DNA from: Isosphaeraceae bacterium
Lineage (GTDB): Bacteria; Planctomycetota; Planctomycetia; Isosphaerales; Isosphaeraceae
DNA length: 64,000 bases
Assembly: GCA_965201075.1 (NCBI GenBank)
Contig: CBDAVP010000011.1
Coordinates: 62,001-126,000, forward strand
Reading direction: 5' to 3'
In this document: piece by piece, positions 39,680 through 49,737 of the stretch
Numbering within the stretch: position 1 is the first letter of the stretch
Layout of the letters: each line of letters opens with the position of its first letter
Notes under the pieces: model-generated
Databases searched by the model: none
Seen by the model: the letters and a program-made list of their open reading frames with translations, nothing else
What the model was told of the DNA's origin: nothing
Position numbers and translations under genes: made by a program

Positions 39680-40141
39680 ATGGAGGTCTCTCCCTCGGGC
39701 CAGGACTCGTCGCCGATGACGCAGGGGATGACGGACCCGGTCGCCCTGTTGCACCTGCTGGTCAATCTTCAGTCGCAATCGGTCGAGCTTCAGCGTCAGA
39801 CTCTGGAACATCAGCATCAGCAACTGGAGCTGGCCCGCGAGTCCGCTCAGTTCATCCGCGACCAGAGGACTCGACAGGCGGCCGAACTGGAACGCTGGCA
39901 GGTGTGTCACCAGGACGTAGTGGATTCGGGACGCGAAGCGCTGACGCAACTGGAGCAGGTCCACGCCTCGCTGATGGCTGACCTGGCGGTCCATGTGGCG
40001 GAGAATCACGAGAATCTGGTCGACGGCGATTTCGCCCTATCCGACTTCGTCGACCGCTTCGGCCCTCGGCTGGCGCACCTCAACACGATGCTGGCGATCC
40101 TCCGCCCGCTGGCCGCCGCCTCCAAGAAGGCCGAGGGTTGA
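39680..40141 (+). CDS. Hypothetical coiled-coil protein
   Basis: Gln-rich helix, FVDRFGPRLAHLN; start uncertain. Confidence 0.7.
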   Translation: MEVSPSGQDSSPMTQGMTDPVALLHLLVNLQSQSVELQRQTLEHQHQQLELARESAQFIRDQRTRQAAELERWQVCHQDVVDSGREALTQLEQVHASLMADLAVHVAENHENLVDGDFALSDFVDRFGPRLAHLNTMLAILRPLAAASKKAEG

Positions 40142-40170
40142 TCGACCCGGACGGACGCGTCTTGATCGCG

Positions 40171-40731
40171 TCAGGGGGTCCGTTCGTCGACGACCACGCC
40201 GCGGCTGCTGAACGAGATCCCCTGGGTGCCCGCGGTGCCGATCATCACCGATTCGGCCAAAGGCGCTGAGACGGCATGTTCGGCCGACCACTGGACGAGG
40301 AAGCTCGAAGCGGCGCCGGCGGCCACGTCCTTTTCGCCGAGGAAGACTTCGTAGGCCGCCAACGGCGCCAGTTGGATCGGGTTTTCGAGGAAGCGGCGGA
40401 TTCTCTTGCCTCCCGCGTCGTGGTAGTCGGCCGATCGGACCACGATCGGAGTGGTTCGGTCAGTGTTGCGGACGCTCAGAGTGATGCCCAGGCCGAATCT
40501 CGGGGTTTTCTCGCCAATGGAGAGGCTTCCATAGGCCGGGATGTACAAAGTCTGTCCAGCGACCGGCTCGCCCAGCACGCCTGGAGCGACCTGCGTGACG
40601 CCCGGCTGCGCGGTCCCCTTGCGGCCGGCGAAGCGGACGGTGCCGTCGGGGTTCGCCTCCGTCTCGCAGCCAACAAGCCCTCCGGCCATCAGTCCCGCCA
40701 GGATCACGGCCGCCGTCGTTCCAGGTCTCAT
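40171..40731 (-). CDS. DUF3124 lipoprotein
   Basis: Lipobox LVGC; GQTLYIPAY, TLSVRNTD, ESVMIG...QGISFSSRG. Confidence 0.9.
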   Translation of the reverse strand: MRPGTTAAVILAGLMAGGLVGCETEANPDGTVRFAGRKGTAQPGVTQVAPGVLGEPVAGQTLYIPAYGSLSIGEKTPRFGLGITLSVRNTDRTTPIVVRSADYHDAGGKRIRRFLENPIQLAPLAAYEVFLGEKDVAAGAASSFLVQWSAEHAVSAPLAESVMIGTAGTQGISFSSRGVVVDERTP

Positions 40732-40818
40732 GGCTCGCCCGCCTCCCAGATCACGATCATCGGGGCCCGATTCGTCGGCAAAGGGCCCCGACCATGATAA
40801 CGGGCCGACGCAGGGCCG

Positions 40819-41784
40819 TCAGCGACCGGGGGGGACCTCGGTAGGAGGAGAGGGTCGGGGTTCGGTCGGGCGGATCGTCCCCAAGGTCAGGTTCGACTCT
40901 GTTGAGGAGGTGACGAACAGGCCCGTTGCCTCGCCCATCGGCAGGAAGCCTTCCAGCTCGTCATGGGGGAAAAAGGTCGCCATGCCGAGGCGGACCCCCG
41001 GGGCCGAGGCTCGGCCGTCGGCAAGGGCCTTGTCGAGGTTGAGCCGGTCGAGTCGCCAGCCTCGTCCCTCGATGATGTTCTGAATGCAGGTGAGTTCTCG
41101 GCGATTTGGGTCCCAGTGGAGATTCTGGTTCCAGGGGCCAATCAGCACCCGGAACGCCACCACTCCCGGAGCGCTCGAGCGGTGAGCCGCCACGAGGCGT
41201 TCGGGGTCATAAAGCCGCAATTCGGGGCGGATGTCGCCGTAGTCGGCCGTCGCCAAATAGGACCGGCCCTCGACCTCAACGAACGTGGGGCGACAGCCGT
41301 TGATGGCCGCGTCGTCCTCGATTTCGTCCAGAACCGCGTGGTCGAGGGTTCCGTCGGACCAGGCCCGATTCCAGTCGAGGTGGTAGATCCTCGCCTTTTT
41401 CGAGACCGTGTCACCCAGGAATGTGCCGTGGCGGGGGTCGCGGGTCAGGCCGGTCGGGTGAAGCAGGATCGGCGTCCCGCCCCGGGTCAGGTTCAGGACG
41501 CGGCCGGTGGGGTGGAGGTCGGTGGTGTATTCGCGGATCACTCCCACGCGAGGCTTGGCCCGCACGAGGTCGCCGTACAGGTAGAGCTTGCCGTCGACGA
41601 GGCTCACCCCCTGGCCCGCCCCGAGCCCGGTGTCGGTCAAAACCTGGAGGGGTTCGACGGTCGCATCGGCGGTCCAGGTGCCATCGGGCGGCGGTTCGTT
41701 GCGAACGGATGGGGGTTGGCCCCACGCATGCGTCGCCATGGCGAGGGAGGCGAGGAGAAACCAGGTTTTCGATCGATTCGGCAT
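40819..41784 (-). CDS. Secreted hypothetical protein (beta-rich)
   Basis: Signal peptide; long ORF. Confidence 0.7.
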   Translation of the reverse strand: MPNRSKTWFLLASLAMATHAWGQPPSVRNEPPPDGTWTADATVEPLQVLTDTGLGAGQGVSLVDGKLYLYGDLVRAKPRVGVIREYTTDLHPTGRVLNLTRGGTPILLHPTGLTRDPRHGTFLGDTVSKKARIYHLDWNRAWSDGTLDHAVLDEIEDDAAINGCRPTFVEVEGRSYLATADYGDIRPELRLYDPERLVAAHRSSAPGVVAFRVLIGPWNQNLHWDPNRRELTCIQNIIEGRGWRLDRLNLDKALADGRASAPGVRLGMATFFPHDELEGFLPMGEATGLFVTSSTESNLTLGTIRPTEPRPSPPTEVPPGR

Positions 41785-41879
41785 TGGCGAAGGCCCCCGC
41801 GATCGTTGGGATGACGGATCGCGAGGGCCATTGTTGCCAAGATTGATGAAGGGCGAGTGAAGGCTCGATGGTGTCGCGG

Positions 41880-43199
41880 TTAGACGCCCAGGCCGAGCCG
41901 TTTGCGGTGGTAAGCGAGGCGCTGGTCGACGTTCATCCGGGAGAAGTCAGGCATGCCGTCGGAGTGGGTGGGGAACCCGTTGGCGTCGGAATGGCCGTTC
42001 TTGGAGGGGGCTACCTTGCCGTTGGAGGTGGATGCCTTCGCCGCAGGGGCGGGGACTTCGTGGTTGTGGCACTGGCACTGATGGCCGTTGGCGGAGGAAG
42101 CCGGCGCGGGGGCCGCCGCGGGCATTGAGAATTCGGGTTTGGGCGGAACGGTGACGGCCGTGGTGCCGGTCGACCCTCCGTAGCTCATCGCCAGGGCCTG
42201 GATTTTCAGGTCATCGTCCAGCGACCGCTGGGCGCGAATGCCCAGCTTTTGGAGGACTCCGTGGTACGCCTTGACCGCCTCGACCGGGCCGATGACGCCG
42301 TCGGCGATCAAGCGGAGGAACTGCACGAACGCCAGTTGGTTTTCAGCGCTGTTAATCTTGCGGCCGAACAGAGCGACCTTGGCACCATATTTCCGGGCAT
42401 CGTGCAGCAGTTGAAAGGCGTCGAGGGTGGTTCCCGAGCCGCCTCCCAGAACCCCGACGATCAGGCGAGGGTCGTAACGGACGAGTTCCTCCATCGCCTT
42501 GGGACCGTGGTAAACGATCTTGAGGAACTGCGGACGACCGGCGGGGGCGACCCCGGCGAGCATTCGGGCGATGTTGTCGTTGAGGAAGTGGGGCAGGATG
42601 GCTGGGTCAATCACCCCGGGCATGTTGGGGTCGAAGACTTCCAGGAAGTAGCGAAACCCCTTGCGCTCGGCCTCCTCGCGGAACTCGTGGAAGCGTTCCA
42701 TCGCGAGGCGGTCGAGGTGCGGGTCGTTATTGAAAGTGACGGAGTAGAGGCCCAGGTCAGCGCCCACGGCTCGCTCGTCAGGGGAGCAGTCCAGGTGCCC
42801 ACACTGGATATGATCCAGGTTCGCCGAGCGGAACGGATACGAGGGGGCCTGGGCGTAGCGTGAGCCCCGGGCGATGTGGACGTCGGTGGTGTCGTTGGCC
42901 CGAGCCGCCGGGGTAATGGGCGAATTCTTGAATAGACCTTCGCGGATTGTCAACGCGTGGTTGGTGCTGGCCGACATCAGCATGATGTCGACCAGCTCCT
43001 GCCGGACGATGGCGCGGATCTGCTCTCGGTACTCTTCCAGGGTTTTGTAGCGGACTTCGCCGGGGTGAGACTCGGGCGAGAGACCCGGCGAGCCGATGCC
43101 GAAAGCCATGTCGGCGTCCTTGGCGTCGGCGAGGATGAACTCGTCGGCGTTGGGATCGTCGTGCAGGGCGGCGAGCTTGCGGTCGAGCGACTTAACCAC
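41880..43199 (-). CDS. Class I aldolase-like TIM-barrel protein with C-terminal extension, last gene of the BMC operon
   Basis: FLEVF, FLKI, LGGG and LFGRKI resemble DhnA-type motifs; GTG start overlaps the ldh stop. Confidence 0.7.
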   Translation of the reverse strand: MVKSLDRKLAALHDDPNADEFILADAKDADMAFGIGSPGLSPESHPGEVRYKTLEEYREQIRAIVRQELVDIMLMSASTNHALTIREGLFKNSPITPAARANDTTDVHIARGSRYAQAPSYPFRSANLDHIQCGHLDCSPDERAVGADLGLYSVTFNNDPHLDRLAMERFHEFREEAERKGFRYFLEVFDPNMPGVIDPAILPHFLNDNIARMLAGVAPAGRPQFLKIVYHGPKAMEELVRYDPRLIVGVLGGGSGTTLDAFQLLHDARKYGAKVALFGRKINSAENQLAFVQFLRLIADGVIGPVEAVKAYHGVLQKLGIRAQRSLDDDLKIQALAMSYGGSTGTTAVTVPPKPEFSMPAAAPAPASSANGHQCQCHNHEVPAPAAKASTSNGKVAPSKNGHSDANGFPTHSDGMPDFSRMNVDQRLAYHRKRLGLGV

Positions 43200-44301
43200 G
43201 TTTCCAACCCCCCCCGGTCTGGCCGGAGATTGTGACCCTCGACGAACCGCCATTGCCGCTGAACGAGGCGCCGCCGCCAGTGACCCGCGCGTGACCGCCG
43301 TTGCCATTGCCGTTACCGGTAGCTGCGGAGGGCTTGATCGGGGTGGGGGTGGGAGCCTTGGCCATCTGCGGGTTCTTCGAGAGGACTTGGTCGATCGTCT
43401 CGCGCAGCACCCTGGCCGACGCTTGAAGGCCCGAATTTTCCTTGGGCCAGAGGGGAATCTCCAGCTGGGTCTCAACCCCTCGGCGGCCGACCACGGTGGG
43501 GACCGAGATGCAGACGTCGCGGATGCCGTAGGGACCGTTGACCAGCGACGAAACGGGCAGAAGTCGACGCGAATCGAGGGCAATCGCGTGGATGACGTCG
43601 CGGATGGCGATGCCAACGGCGAACCCGGCGCCTCCCTTGAGCTTGATGCACTCAGCGCCGCTGCCCTTGGTGCGGGCGAACAGGGCGTCGGCGGTGTTGG
43701 CGTCCCAGCCGGGGTATTTCTCCAGGGGGAGGCCCATCACCGTGGCCGACGACCAGATGGGGACCATGCTGTCGCCGTGCTCGCCCAGGATCGTGGCGTC
43801 AACCTGGGTCGGCGGCAAGCTCAGCTTCTCGGCGATCAGACTGCGGAACCTGGCGGTATCGAGCTGGGTCCCCAGGCCGATGACCTGAGAGGCGGGCAGG
43901 CCCGACTGGGTGGTCGCCAGGTACGTCAGGACGTCGACCGGGTTGGAGACGATCAAGAGGATCGCCTCCTTTTTCATCCCCGCCGCCTTGACCTGGCCCA
44001 GCAACGTCAGGAACAGATCGACGTTGCGGTTGATCAGGTCCAGGCGACTCTCATCCGGCTTGCGTCGAAGGCCGGCGGTGATGCAGATCAGGTCGGATTC
44101 AGGGATCGCCTCGTAGCCGACCGAGCGAATCCGCTGGTCGGCCGTGAGCGAGGCCCCGTGCAGCAGGTCGAGCGCCTGCCCCTTGCCGAGGTCGGCGTTA
44201 ACGTCGAGCAGGTCAATTCCCGACACGATCCCGCCGCACTGCAACGCGAATGCGGCGCAAGAGCCGACCAGCCCGCCGCCGCCAATGATGCTGACTTTCA
44301 T
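43192..44301 (-). CDS. ldh: L-lactate/malate dehydrogenase family (BMC-associated)
   Basis: IIGGGGLVG, TAG.RRKP.ESRLDL, VSNPVD, LDTARFR, GEHGDS. Confidence 0.92.
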   Translation of the reverse strand: MKVSIIGGGGLVGSCAAFALQCGGIVSGIDLLDVNADLGKGQALDLLHGASLTADQRIRSVGYEAIPESDLICITAGLRRKPDESRLDLINRNVDLFLTLLGQVKAAGMKKEAILLIVSNPVDVLTYLATTQSGLPASQVIGLGTQLDTARFRSLIAEKLSLPPTQVDATILGEHGDSMVPIWSSATVMGLPLEKYPGWDANTADALFARTKGSGAECIKLKGGAGFAVGIAIRDVIHAIALDSRRLLPVSSLVNGPYGIRDVCISVPTVVGRRGVETQLEIPLWPKENSGLQASARVLRETIDQVLSKNPQMAKAPTPTPIKPSAATGNGNGNGGHARVTGGGASFSGNGGSSRVTISGQTGGGWKRG

Positions 44302-44365
44302 TGAGGAACGCTCCGCCGGGGCCCGGAGGCCATTGAGTAAATGGTGGGGAAGGGGACCCAACCGC

Positions 44366-45343
44366 TCAGGCACCCCCGGAGATCCCGGACGCGTAAGTTT
44401 GACCCTTGACGACCGAGTTGCCCCGGCCCTGGCCGTTGCCGTTGTGATTGCCACTGCCATTCATGGCCGCCATGACCTGGTCGGTGATCGCCTGGACCAT
44501 GGCCTCGGCGTCGCCACTCGAGGGAAACTTGGTTTGGGGCGCCGACTGGTTCGGCTGCTGGCCCTGGAATTTGGCCGGAATGAAGGCCCGGGGCTCGGGG
44601 TGGAACTCGCTGTAGCCCTCGCGGAACAGGCTATTGCCGCAGAGGTCGCAGTTTTCCAGCCCTTTTTCGAGGCGAACGTCGCGGATGCCCAGGTTGGGCT
44701 TGATCTTGATCAGTTCGGCGGCCTTGTCGTCGGAGTAATACTGGACCCGGCCGAGTTGCTTGGTCAGGATCAGAATCCGGCAGTAGGCGTCGATGATCTC
44801 GGTCTTGAAGTAGGCATCCATCAGGTCCGGCCCGGCGGTGATCGTGCCGTGGTTGGCCAGCAAGATTGTGTCGGTGTCCTTGATGTAGGGCAGGACGGTA
44901 TCGGCGAACGCCTGAGTACCGGGCGTTTCATAGGGCGCGATGGCGACTTCGCCGAGAAACACCTCGAACTCGGGCATCGTGCACTTGGGGATCGGCTCGT
45001 GGGCGACGGCGAAGGCCGTGGCGTGCGGTGGGTGGCAGTGGACGCACGACCGGATGTCGGGCCGGGCTTTCATGATCGCCAGGTGCAGCAGGATCTCGCT
45101 CGACCGCTTGCGGTGACCGGAGATTTGCTTGCCTTCCATGTCGACGACGCACAGGTCATCGGGCTTCATGAACCCTTTAGAGACGCGGGTCGGGGTGCAG
45201 AGGACGCGGTTATCGTCCAGACGATAGCTAATGTTGCCGTCGTTGGCCGCGGCGAAGCCCTTGTTGTAAACCCGCCGGCCAACCTCGCACATCTCCTCTC
45301 GAAGCTTCCACTCGCTCATCATGCCGTTGCCATTGCCGGCCAT
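44366..45343 (-). CDS. Class II aldolase (fuculose/rhamnulose-1-P type), BMC signature enzyme
   Basis: DGNISYR, TPT..SKG, SSE...H, HCHP, LANHG; C-terminal amphipathic peptide. Confidence 0.92.
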   Translation of the reverse strand: MAGNGNGMMSEWKLREEMCEVGRRVYNKGFAAANDGNISYRLDDNRVLCTPTRVSKGFMKPDDLCVVDMEGKQISGHRKRSSEILLHLAIMKARPDIRSCVHCHPPHATAFAVAHEPIPKCTMPEFEVFLGEVAIAPYETPGTQAFADTVLPYIKDTDTILLANHGTITAGPDLMDAYFKTEIIDAYCRILILTKQLGRVQYYSDDKAAELIKIKPNLGIRDVRLEKGLENCDLCGNSLFREGYSEFHPEPRAFIPAKFQGQQPNQSAPQTKFPSSGDAEAMVQAITDQVMAAMNGSGNHNGNGQGRGNSVVKGQTYASGISGGA

Positions 45344-45404
45344 CGGGGGCCTCCGGAGAATAGAGATGATTCCGTGTAAGGGTTGGGGAACTCGTGTCTC
45401 GGGA

Positions 45405-45689
45405 TTACCGGCCAACCTCGATCCGGTCGAGCAGGCAGGCGCAGTAGGCGTCGATGGGGGTCTTGACCTTGCCGAATGGGTTGGCCGCTTCCCGGCCCTC
45501 GCCGAGACCGATCAAAGCGCCGGGGCTGGCTCCCAGTTCGTCATACACGACGACTTCCTCCCCCCGCTCCGGAGAGCCATCGAGCAAGGCGGGAGCCGTC
45601 ATCGGCAGCGCGATGAGGTAACGGGCGTTGCGGAGGTTGGGGTGCTGTCGAGAAAGGGTCACGCGACCGATCACCTCGGCGATCCTCAT
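45405..45689 (-). CDS. BMC-P vertex protein (EutN/CcmL)
   Basis: MRIAEVIGRVTLS, YDELGA..G, EGREAA, PIDAY. Confidence 0.92.
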   Translation of the reverse strand: MRIAEVIGRVTLSRQHPNLRNARYLIALPMTAPALLDGSPERGEEVVVYDELGASPGALIGLGEGREAANPFGKVKTPIDAYCACLLDRIEVGR

Positions 45690-46395
45690 GGCCATTGAGC
45701 CCTTCGAGCGGGCCCCTCCGGGTCGGCCCTTCCGAGAGCAATCCCGGCGGGGGCGTGGGGGCCCCGGCCCGGCGGAAGGTGTGGCAAAGATGTTTCAAGG
45801 AATGCACCGAGAGCCCGGCCGGTTCGACCACCAGGAGGCTCGCTCCCAAACCGCGAGTGGCTCGGGCGACGGACTCGGCATCGTGGACGGCCGCGGCGCG
45901 GACCCCATGAACAAGGTGCGCCCGCCAGACCGCCGCCGCCGACTCGTGGGCCACCAGCAACGCCCCGCGAGTGGCGGACGCCGCGACCCAACCGGCCACA
46001 TCCGTCGCGTCAACCTCATACCATCCGGCCGGGTCGCTCAGCAGACTCTGACGAAGGACCGATGCGACTCCCTCGGTTGGCTCGATCGCGAAGCCCCACT
46101 CGCCGGATTGACGGGAGGGCGGGGCCTCGGCGAGCGAGACGAGTTGCAATGTCAGCCCTCGACGCTTCGCGGCCTCACGGGCCAGAGGGGTAATAACGGT
46201 TCCGGCGGCGAGGCGAATTTCCCTTGTTCCCGACGGGAGAGCTTCCAGGTGCCTCAACGCCAGCAGTCGACCGGCGAAGACGTCGGGGGAGGCGGCCGTC
46301 GCGGTCGGCGAGGGCGTCGAGCGGGCGCGGCCGAACAGTTCGGCCAGGACCGCTCGTACGACCGCATCGACCTCGGCGACACTGGGGTTTTTCAT
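45541..46395 (-). CDS. BMC-associated hypothetical protein (RpiB-like C-terminal half), 3' end overlapping the next gene
   Basis: N-terminal encapsulation-like peptide, VITPLA motif, GVRAA motif. Confidence 0.75.
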   Translation of the reverse strand: MKNPSVAEVDAVVRAVLAELFGRARSTPSPTATAASPDVFAGRLLALRHLEALPSGTREIRLAAGTVITPLAREAAKRRGLTLQLVSLAEAPPSRQSGEWGFAIEPTEGVASVLRQSLLSDPAGWYEVDATDVAGWVAASATRGALLVAHESAAAVWRAHLVHGVRAAAVHDAESVARATRGLGASLLVVEPAGLSVHSLKHLCHTFRRAGAPTPPPGLLSEGPTRRGPLEGLNGHEDRRGDRSRDPFSTAPQPPQRPLPHRAADDGSRLARWLSGAGGGSRRV

Positions 46396-46646
46396 GAGTC
46401 GGGCAGCCCCATGACGCTCCAGCGGCCGGGAGTGTTCCGCCCAAGCTGCTCCTGCAACATCTGGCCGTCGCTGGTCAACATCACCACGTCCCCACGTCTC
46501 GCCCCGAGCCGGTCAAAGGCCAGGACCGGGTCGCCGTCGGGCAGACCGTCGATCCGTTCGAACTGGACGATCAACAACCGCTCGCCCTGAAGCGAAGCGT
46601 GCTTGATCGTCGAGGTCGCCGTGCCCAGGACGCGGCCGAGTTGCAT
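46392..46646 (-). CDS. BMC-P vertex protein (EutN/CcmL)
   Basis: MQLGRVLGTATSTIKH, AFDRLGA..GD.V...SDG. Confidence 0.92.
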   Translation of the reverse strand: MQLGRVLGTATSTIKHASLQGERLLIVQFERIDGLPDGDPVLAFDRLGARRGDVVMLTSDGQMLQEQLGRNTPGRWSVMGLPDS

Positions 46647-46684
46647 GGGGAGGGTTCTCGTCTCACCAGGGTTCAAGGAAGCGA

Positions 46685-48115
46685 TCAGATAAACCGCATG
46701 CCGTTGACGACCGCGGTTCGGCGCTGTCGGCAGAAGGTCAACGGGGTGGTGACGCCCTCGCCGGTCGGCCCTGCGATCGAGAACGACGGAACACCCTCGC
46801 CGCCGAGGCCCGCGGTGCAGGGGCCGTTGATGACGAAAATGGTGCAATCCATCGCCTTGCCCATCTTGGTCATCACTCCGGTGTCTCGAGAGTGGAGAAC
46901 GGCGGTGTGTCCGTAGCCGTGTTCGGACTTCCTGGCCAGGTCGATCGCCCGATTGACGTCGGAGACCCGGACGAACGGCAGGAAGGGCATCATCTGCTCG
47001 TGCTCGACGAACGGGTGATCGGCGCCGACTTCTCCGTAGAGGATTTGCGTCCCCTTGGGCACCTCGACGCCCGCGTGACGCCCGAGAACCGCGGGGTCCT
47101 GGCCGACCAGAGCCTTGTCGAGGTGGAGCTTGCCGTCATCCCCCTTTTTAAAGGCGGCGGCGGTCAGTTTGTCGATCTGGTTGGGCTGGAGGCGGTAGCC
47201 GCCGTGGCTGCCAACCTGTTCCATCAAGCGGTCGAAGATTTCGGCGACGGCGAAGACCTGTTTCTCACCGATGCACAACAGGTTGTTGTCGAACGCGCAT
47301 CCGAAGATGATCGACTTGGCGGCGTTTTCCAGGTCGGCCGTCGCGTCGACCACCACCGGAGGATTGCCCGGTCCAGCGACAATCGCCCGACGGTTGCTCC
47401 CCAGGGCGGCGCGAGCCACCGCCGGGCCTCCGGTGACGACCAGCAGGCGAACCATCTTGTGAGCGAATAGGGCGTTGGCCGACTCGATCGTGGGGGTTTC
47501 GATAATCGTCAGGAGGTCTTCCAGACCGATCGCCTCCTTGATCCCCCGGTTGAACCGCTTGACGCCCTCGACGGCGATTTTGGCCCCCGAGGGGTGAGCG
47601 TTGAAAACCACCGTGTTGCCGGCGGCGAGCATGTTGATGCCGTTGGCCGCCAGCGTCGGCAGGCTGTGCGTGACCGGCGTGATCGCGCCGATGACGCCGA
47701 AAGGGGCGAAGTCGGTCAGGGTGATCCCGCCGTCACCGGAATCAATGTTGGTGCGGAGGTACTCGACGCCGGGAATAATCGGGATAAAGTCGCGGAGTTT
47801 GGCGATCTTGTGATCGACGCGGCCGACCTTGGTCTCCTCCAACTCGGCCTTGGCGAGTTCCTCGGCCCCCTCCACGCACACCTTGCGGATGACGTCGATG
47901 GCCTTCTTCCGGTCCGCCAGGGGTCGGATACGGAATTGCTGGAAGGCCGAATGCGCGGCCTCGACCGCGGCGTCGGCGGTCGAGTAGACGCCGAGCGTGC
48001 CGCCACCGGAGGATTTGCGACCGTTGCCGTTGACGTGGGCCGCGCCGTTGCCGTCGCCCATCTGCGACAACACTTGCTGGACGACACTGCGGATCAGGTC
48101 TTCACTCATCTGCAT
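46685..48115 (-). CDS. CoA-acylating aldehyde dehydrogenase (EutE/PduP family)
   Basis: PFGVIGAITP, VTGGPAV, AGPGNPP, FDNNLLCIGEK, EQMMP, PTGEG; N-terminal encapsulation peptide. Confidence 0.95.
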   Translation of the reverse strand: MQMSEDLIRSVVQQVLSQMGDGNGAAHVNGNGRKSSGGGTLGVYSTADAAVEAAHSAFQQFRIRPLADRKKAIDVIRKVCVEGAEELAKAELEETKVGRVDHKIAKLRDFIPIIPGVEYLRTNIDSGDGGITLTDFAPFGVIGAITPVTHSLPTLAANGINMLAAGNTVVFNAHPSGAKIAVEGVKRFNRGIKEAIGLEDLLTIIETPTIESANALFAHKMVRLLVVTGGPAVARAALGSNRRAIVAGPGNPPVVVDATADLENAAKSIIFGCAFDNNLLCIGEKQVFAVAEIFDRLMEQVGSHGGYRLQPNQIDKLTAAAFKKGDDGKLHLDKALVGQDPAVLGRHAGVEVPKGTQILYGEVGADHPFVEHEQMMPFLPFVRVSDVNRAIDLARKSEHGYGHTAVLHSRDTGVMTKMGKAMDCTIFVINGPCTAGLGGEGVPSFSIAGPTGEGVTTPLTFCRQRRTAVVNGMRFI

Positions 48116-48172
48116 GGGAGGTCCCGCCGTCGCCGGGGTGTGGGGGATGGTATGGATACGGGTGGATGCGGG

Positions 48173-48490
48173 TTAAGACGAATTACGGGTCGAGAAGACA
48201 GTCCGGCCTTCGACGTCGACGGTGTCCACCAGCCCGATCGTCACCGCGTCGATCGGCAGTTTTTCGGTCTCGGGCGTTAAGCGGGCGCTGGAGCCCTGGC
48301 AGACCAGAACCATCTCGCCCACGCCCGCGCCGAGTGCGTCGACCACCACGAACGTCCGGCCGGTGGGGACCAGGCGGTCGCGACCCGTTTCCTCGACGCG
48401 GTAGGGCTCGACCATAAGCAGCTTGTGCCCGGTCATCGAGGCCACCTTCTGGGTGGCGATCACGCTGCCGGTGACGCGGGCAAGGAACAT
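48173..48490 (-). CDS. BMC-P vertex protein (EutN/CcmL)
   Basis: MFLARVTGSVIATQK, VDALGAGVGE.VL..QGSSAR, PIDA. Confidence 0.95.
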   Translation of the reverse strand: MFLARVTGSVIATQKVASMTGHKLLMVEPYRVEETGRDRLVPTGRTFVVVDALGAGVGEMVLVCQGSSARLTPETEKLPIDAVTIGLVDTVDVEGRTVFSTRNSS

Positions 48491-48534
48491 GGCCGGGGTC
48501 TCGTCGTCAGATGGTCGGAAAAAGGGCAGTCGGC

Positions 48535-49737
48535 TCAGACCGCGTTCGAGAGGAGGTCCCGTGTCTGGCGGGCCACGATAATCTCCTCATTGGTCGGCAC
48601 GGCCCAGACCTGGACCCGCGATTCGGGCCTGGAAAGCAACCGCTCGGAGGAAGTCGCTCGGGAAGAGTTCGCCTCCCAGTCGACCTCGATACCAAACCAC
48701 TTCAGGTCGTGGAGCACGCCGGCGCGGATGCGCGAGGAGTTCTCGCCGATGCCGCCGGTGAAGACGATCGCGTCGGCCCCGCCCATCTCGAGCAGGTAGG
48801 CCCCAAGGTACTGGCGGGCCGAGGAGACGAAGACGTCGATGGCGAGCTTCGCGCCGGGGTTGCCGGCCTCGGCGGCGGATTCGATGTCTCGCAGGTCGTT
48901 GCCCGCGTTGCCCACGCCCTGGAGGCCCGAGCGGTTGGCCAGGATTTCGAGCACCTGGTCGAGCGAAAGGTCGGCCTCTTCCATGATCGCCGGAAGGGCG
49001 AAAACGTCGAAGTCGCCCACGCGATTGTTTTGCGGCAAGCCGCTTTGAGGGCTCATCCCCATGCTCGCCGCCACCGATTTCCCAGCGTCGATCGCGCAGA
49101 TCGACGAGCTGCCCCCGAGGTGGCAAGAGATGATCTTGGCGTCCGTGCGACCGAGCAGTTCTGCCATTTTGCCGGCGATGTAGCGGTGGCTGGCGCCGTG
49201 GAAGCCCCAGCGACGGACGCCGTGCTTGGTCGCCCATTCGTCGGGCACGGCGTAGCGCTGGCGGGCCTCGGGAATCGTGCGATGGAAGCCGGTTTCAAAG
49301 GCGGCGACCAGCGGCAGGCCGGGGAACTTGGCTCGGAGGTTCCTCATCGCGCGGATGTAGGGTGGGTTGTGAGCGGGGAGGATCGAGTTGTATTCCTCCA
49401 TCGCCGCCAGAAGTTCTTCGTCAACCCGCTGAACGCCGGTGAAGCCGCGAGCGTGGACGGCCTTGAAGCCAATGGCCGCGACCTCGGAGGTGTCGGCAAT
49501 GACTCCAATCTCGGGGTCGACCAGTTGGTCCAGGCAGATTTGCACCGCGGCGCCGTGGTCGGGCACCGGCTCGACGAACTCGATCTCTCGACCTCGGGAG
49601 CGGATACTCACCTTGGCCGAGTCCGAGCCGATCCGCTCGACGGCCCCACGAGCCAGTAACGGCTCGGCGGGGTCGCCCAGGTCATAGAGCCGGTACTTGA
49701 AGCTGGTGCTGCCGAGGTTGGCGACAAGGACTTTCAA
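48535..49737 (-). CDS. ackA: Acetate/propionate kinase
   Basis: VANLGSTSFK, PAHNP, FETGFH, GFHGASH, HLGGSSS, FTGGIGEN, PTNEE. Confidence 0.95.
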   Translation of the reverse strand: MKVLVANLGSTSFKYRLYDLGDPAEPLLARGAVERIGSDSAKVSIRSRGREIEFVEPVPDHGAAVQICLDQLVDPEIGVIADTSEVAAIGFKAVHARGFTGVQRVDEELLAAMEEYNSILPAHNPPYIRAMRNLRAKFPGLPLVAAFETGFHRTIPEARQRYAVPDEWATKHGVRRWGFHGASHRYIAGKMAELLGRTDAKIISCHLGGSSSICAIDAGKSVAASMGMSPQSGLPQNNRVGDFDVFALPAIMEEADLSLDQVLEILANRSGLQGVGNAGNDLRDIESAAEAGNPGAKLAIDVFVSSARQYLGAYLLEMGGADAIVFTGGIGENSSRIRAGVLHDLKWFGIEVDWEANSSRATSSERLLSRPESRVQVWAVPTNEEIIVARQTRDLLSNAV

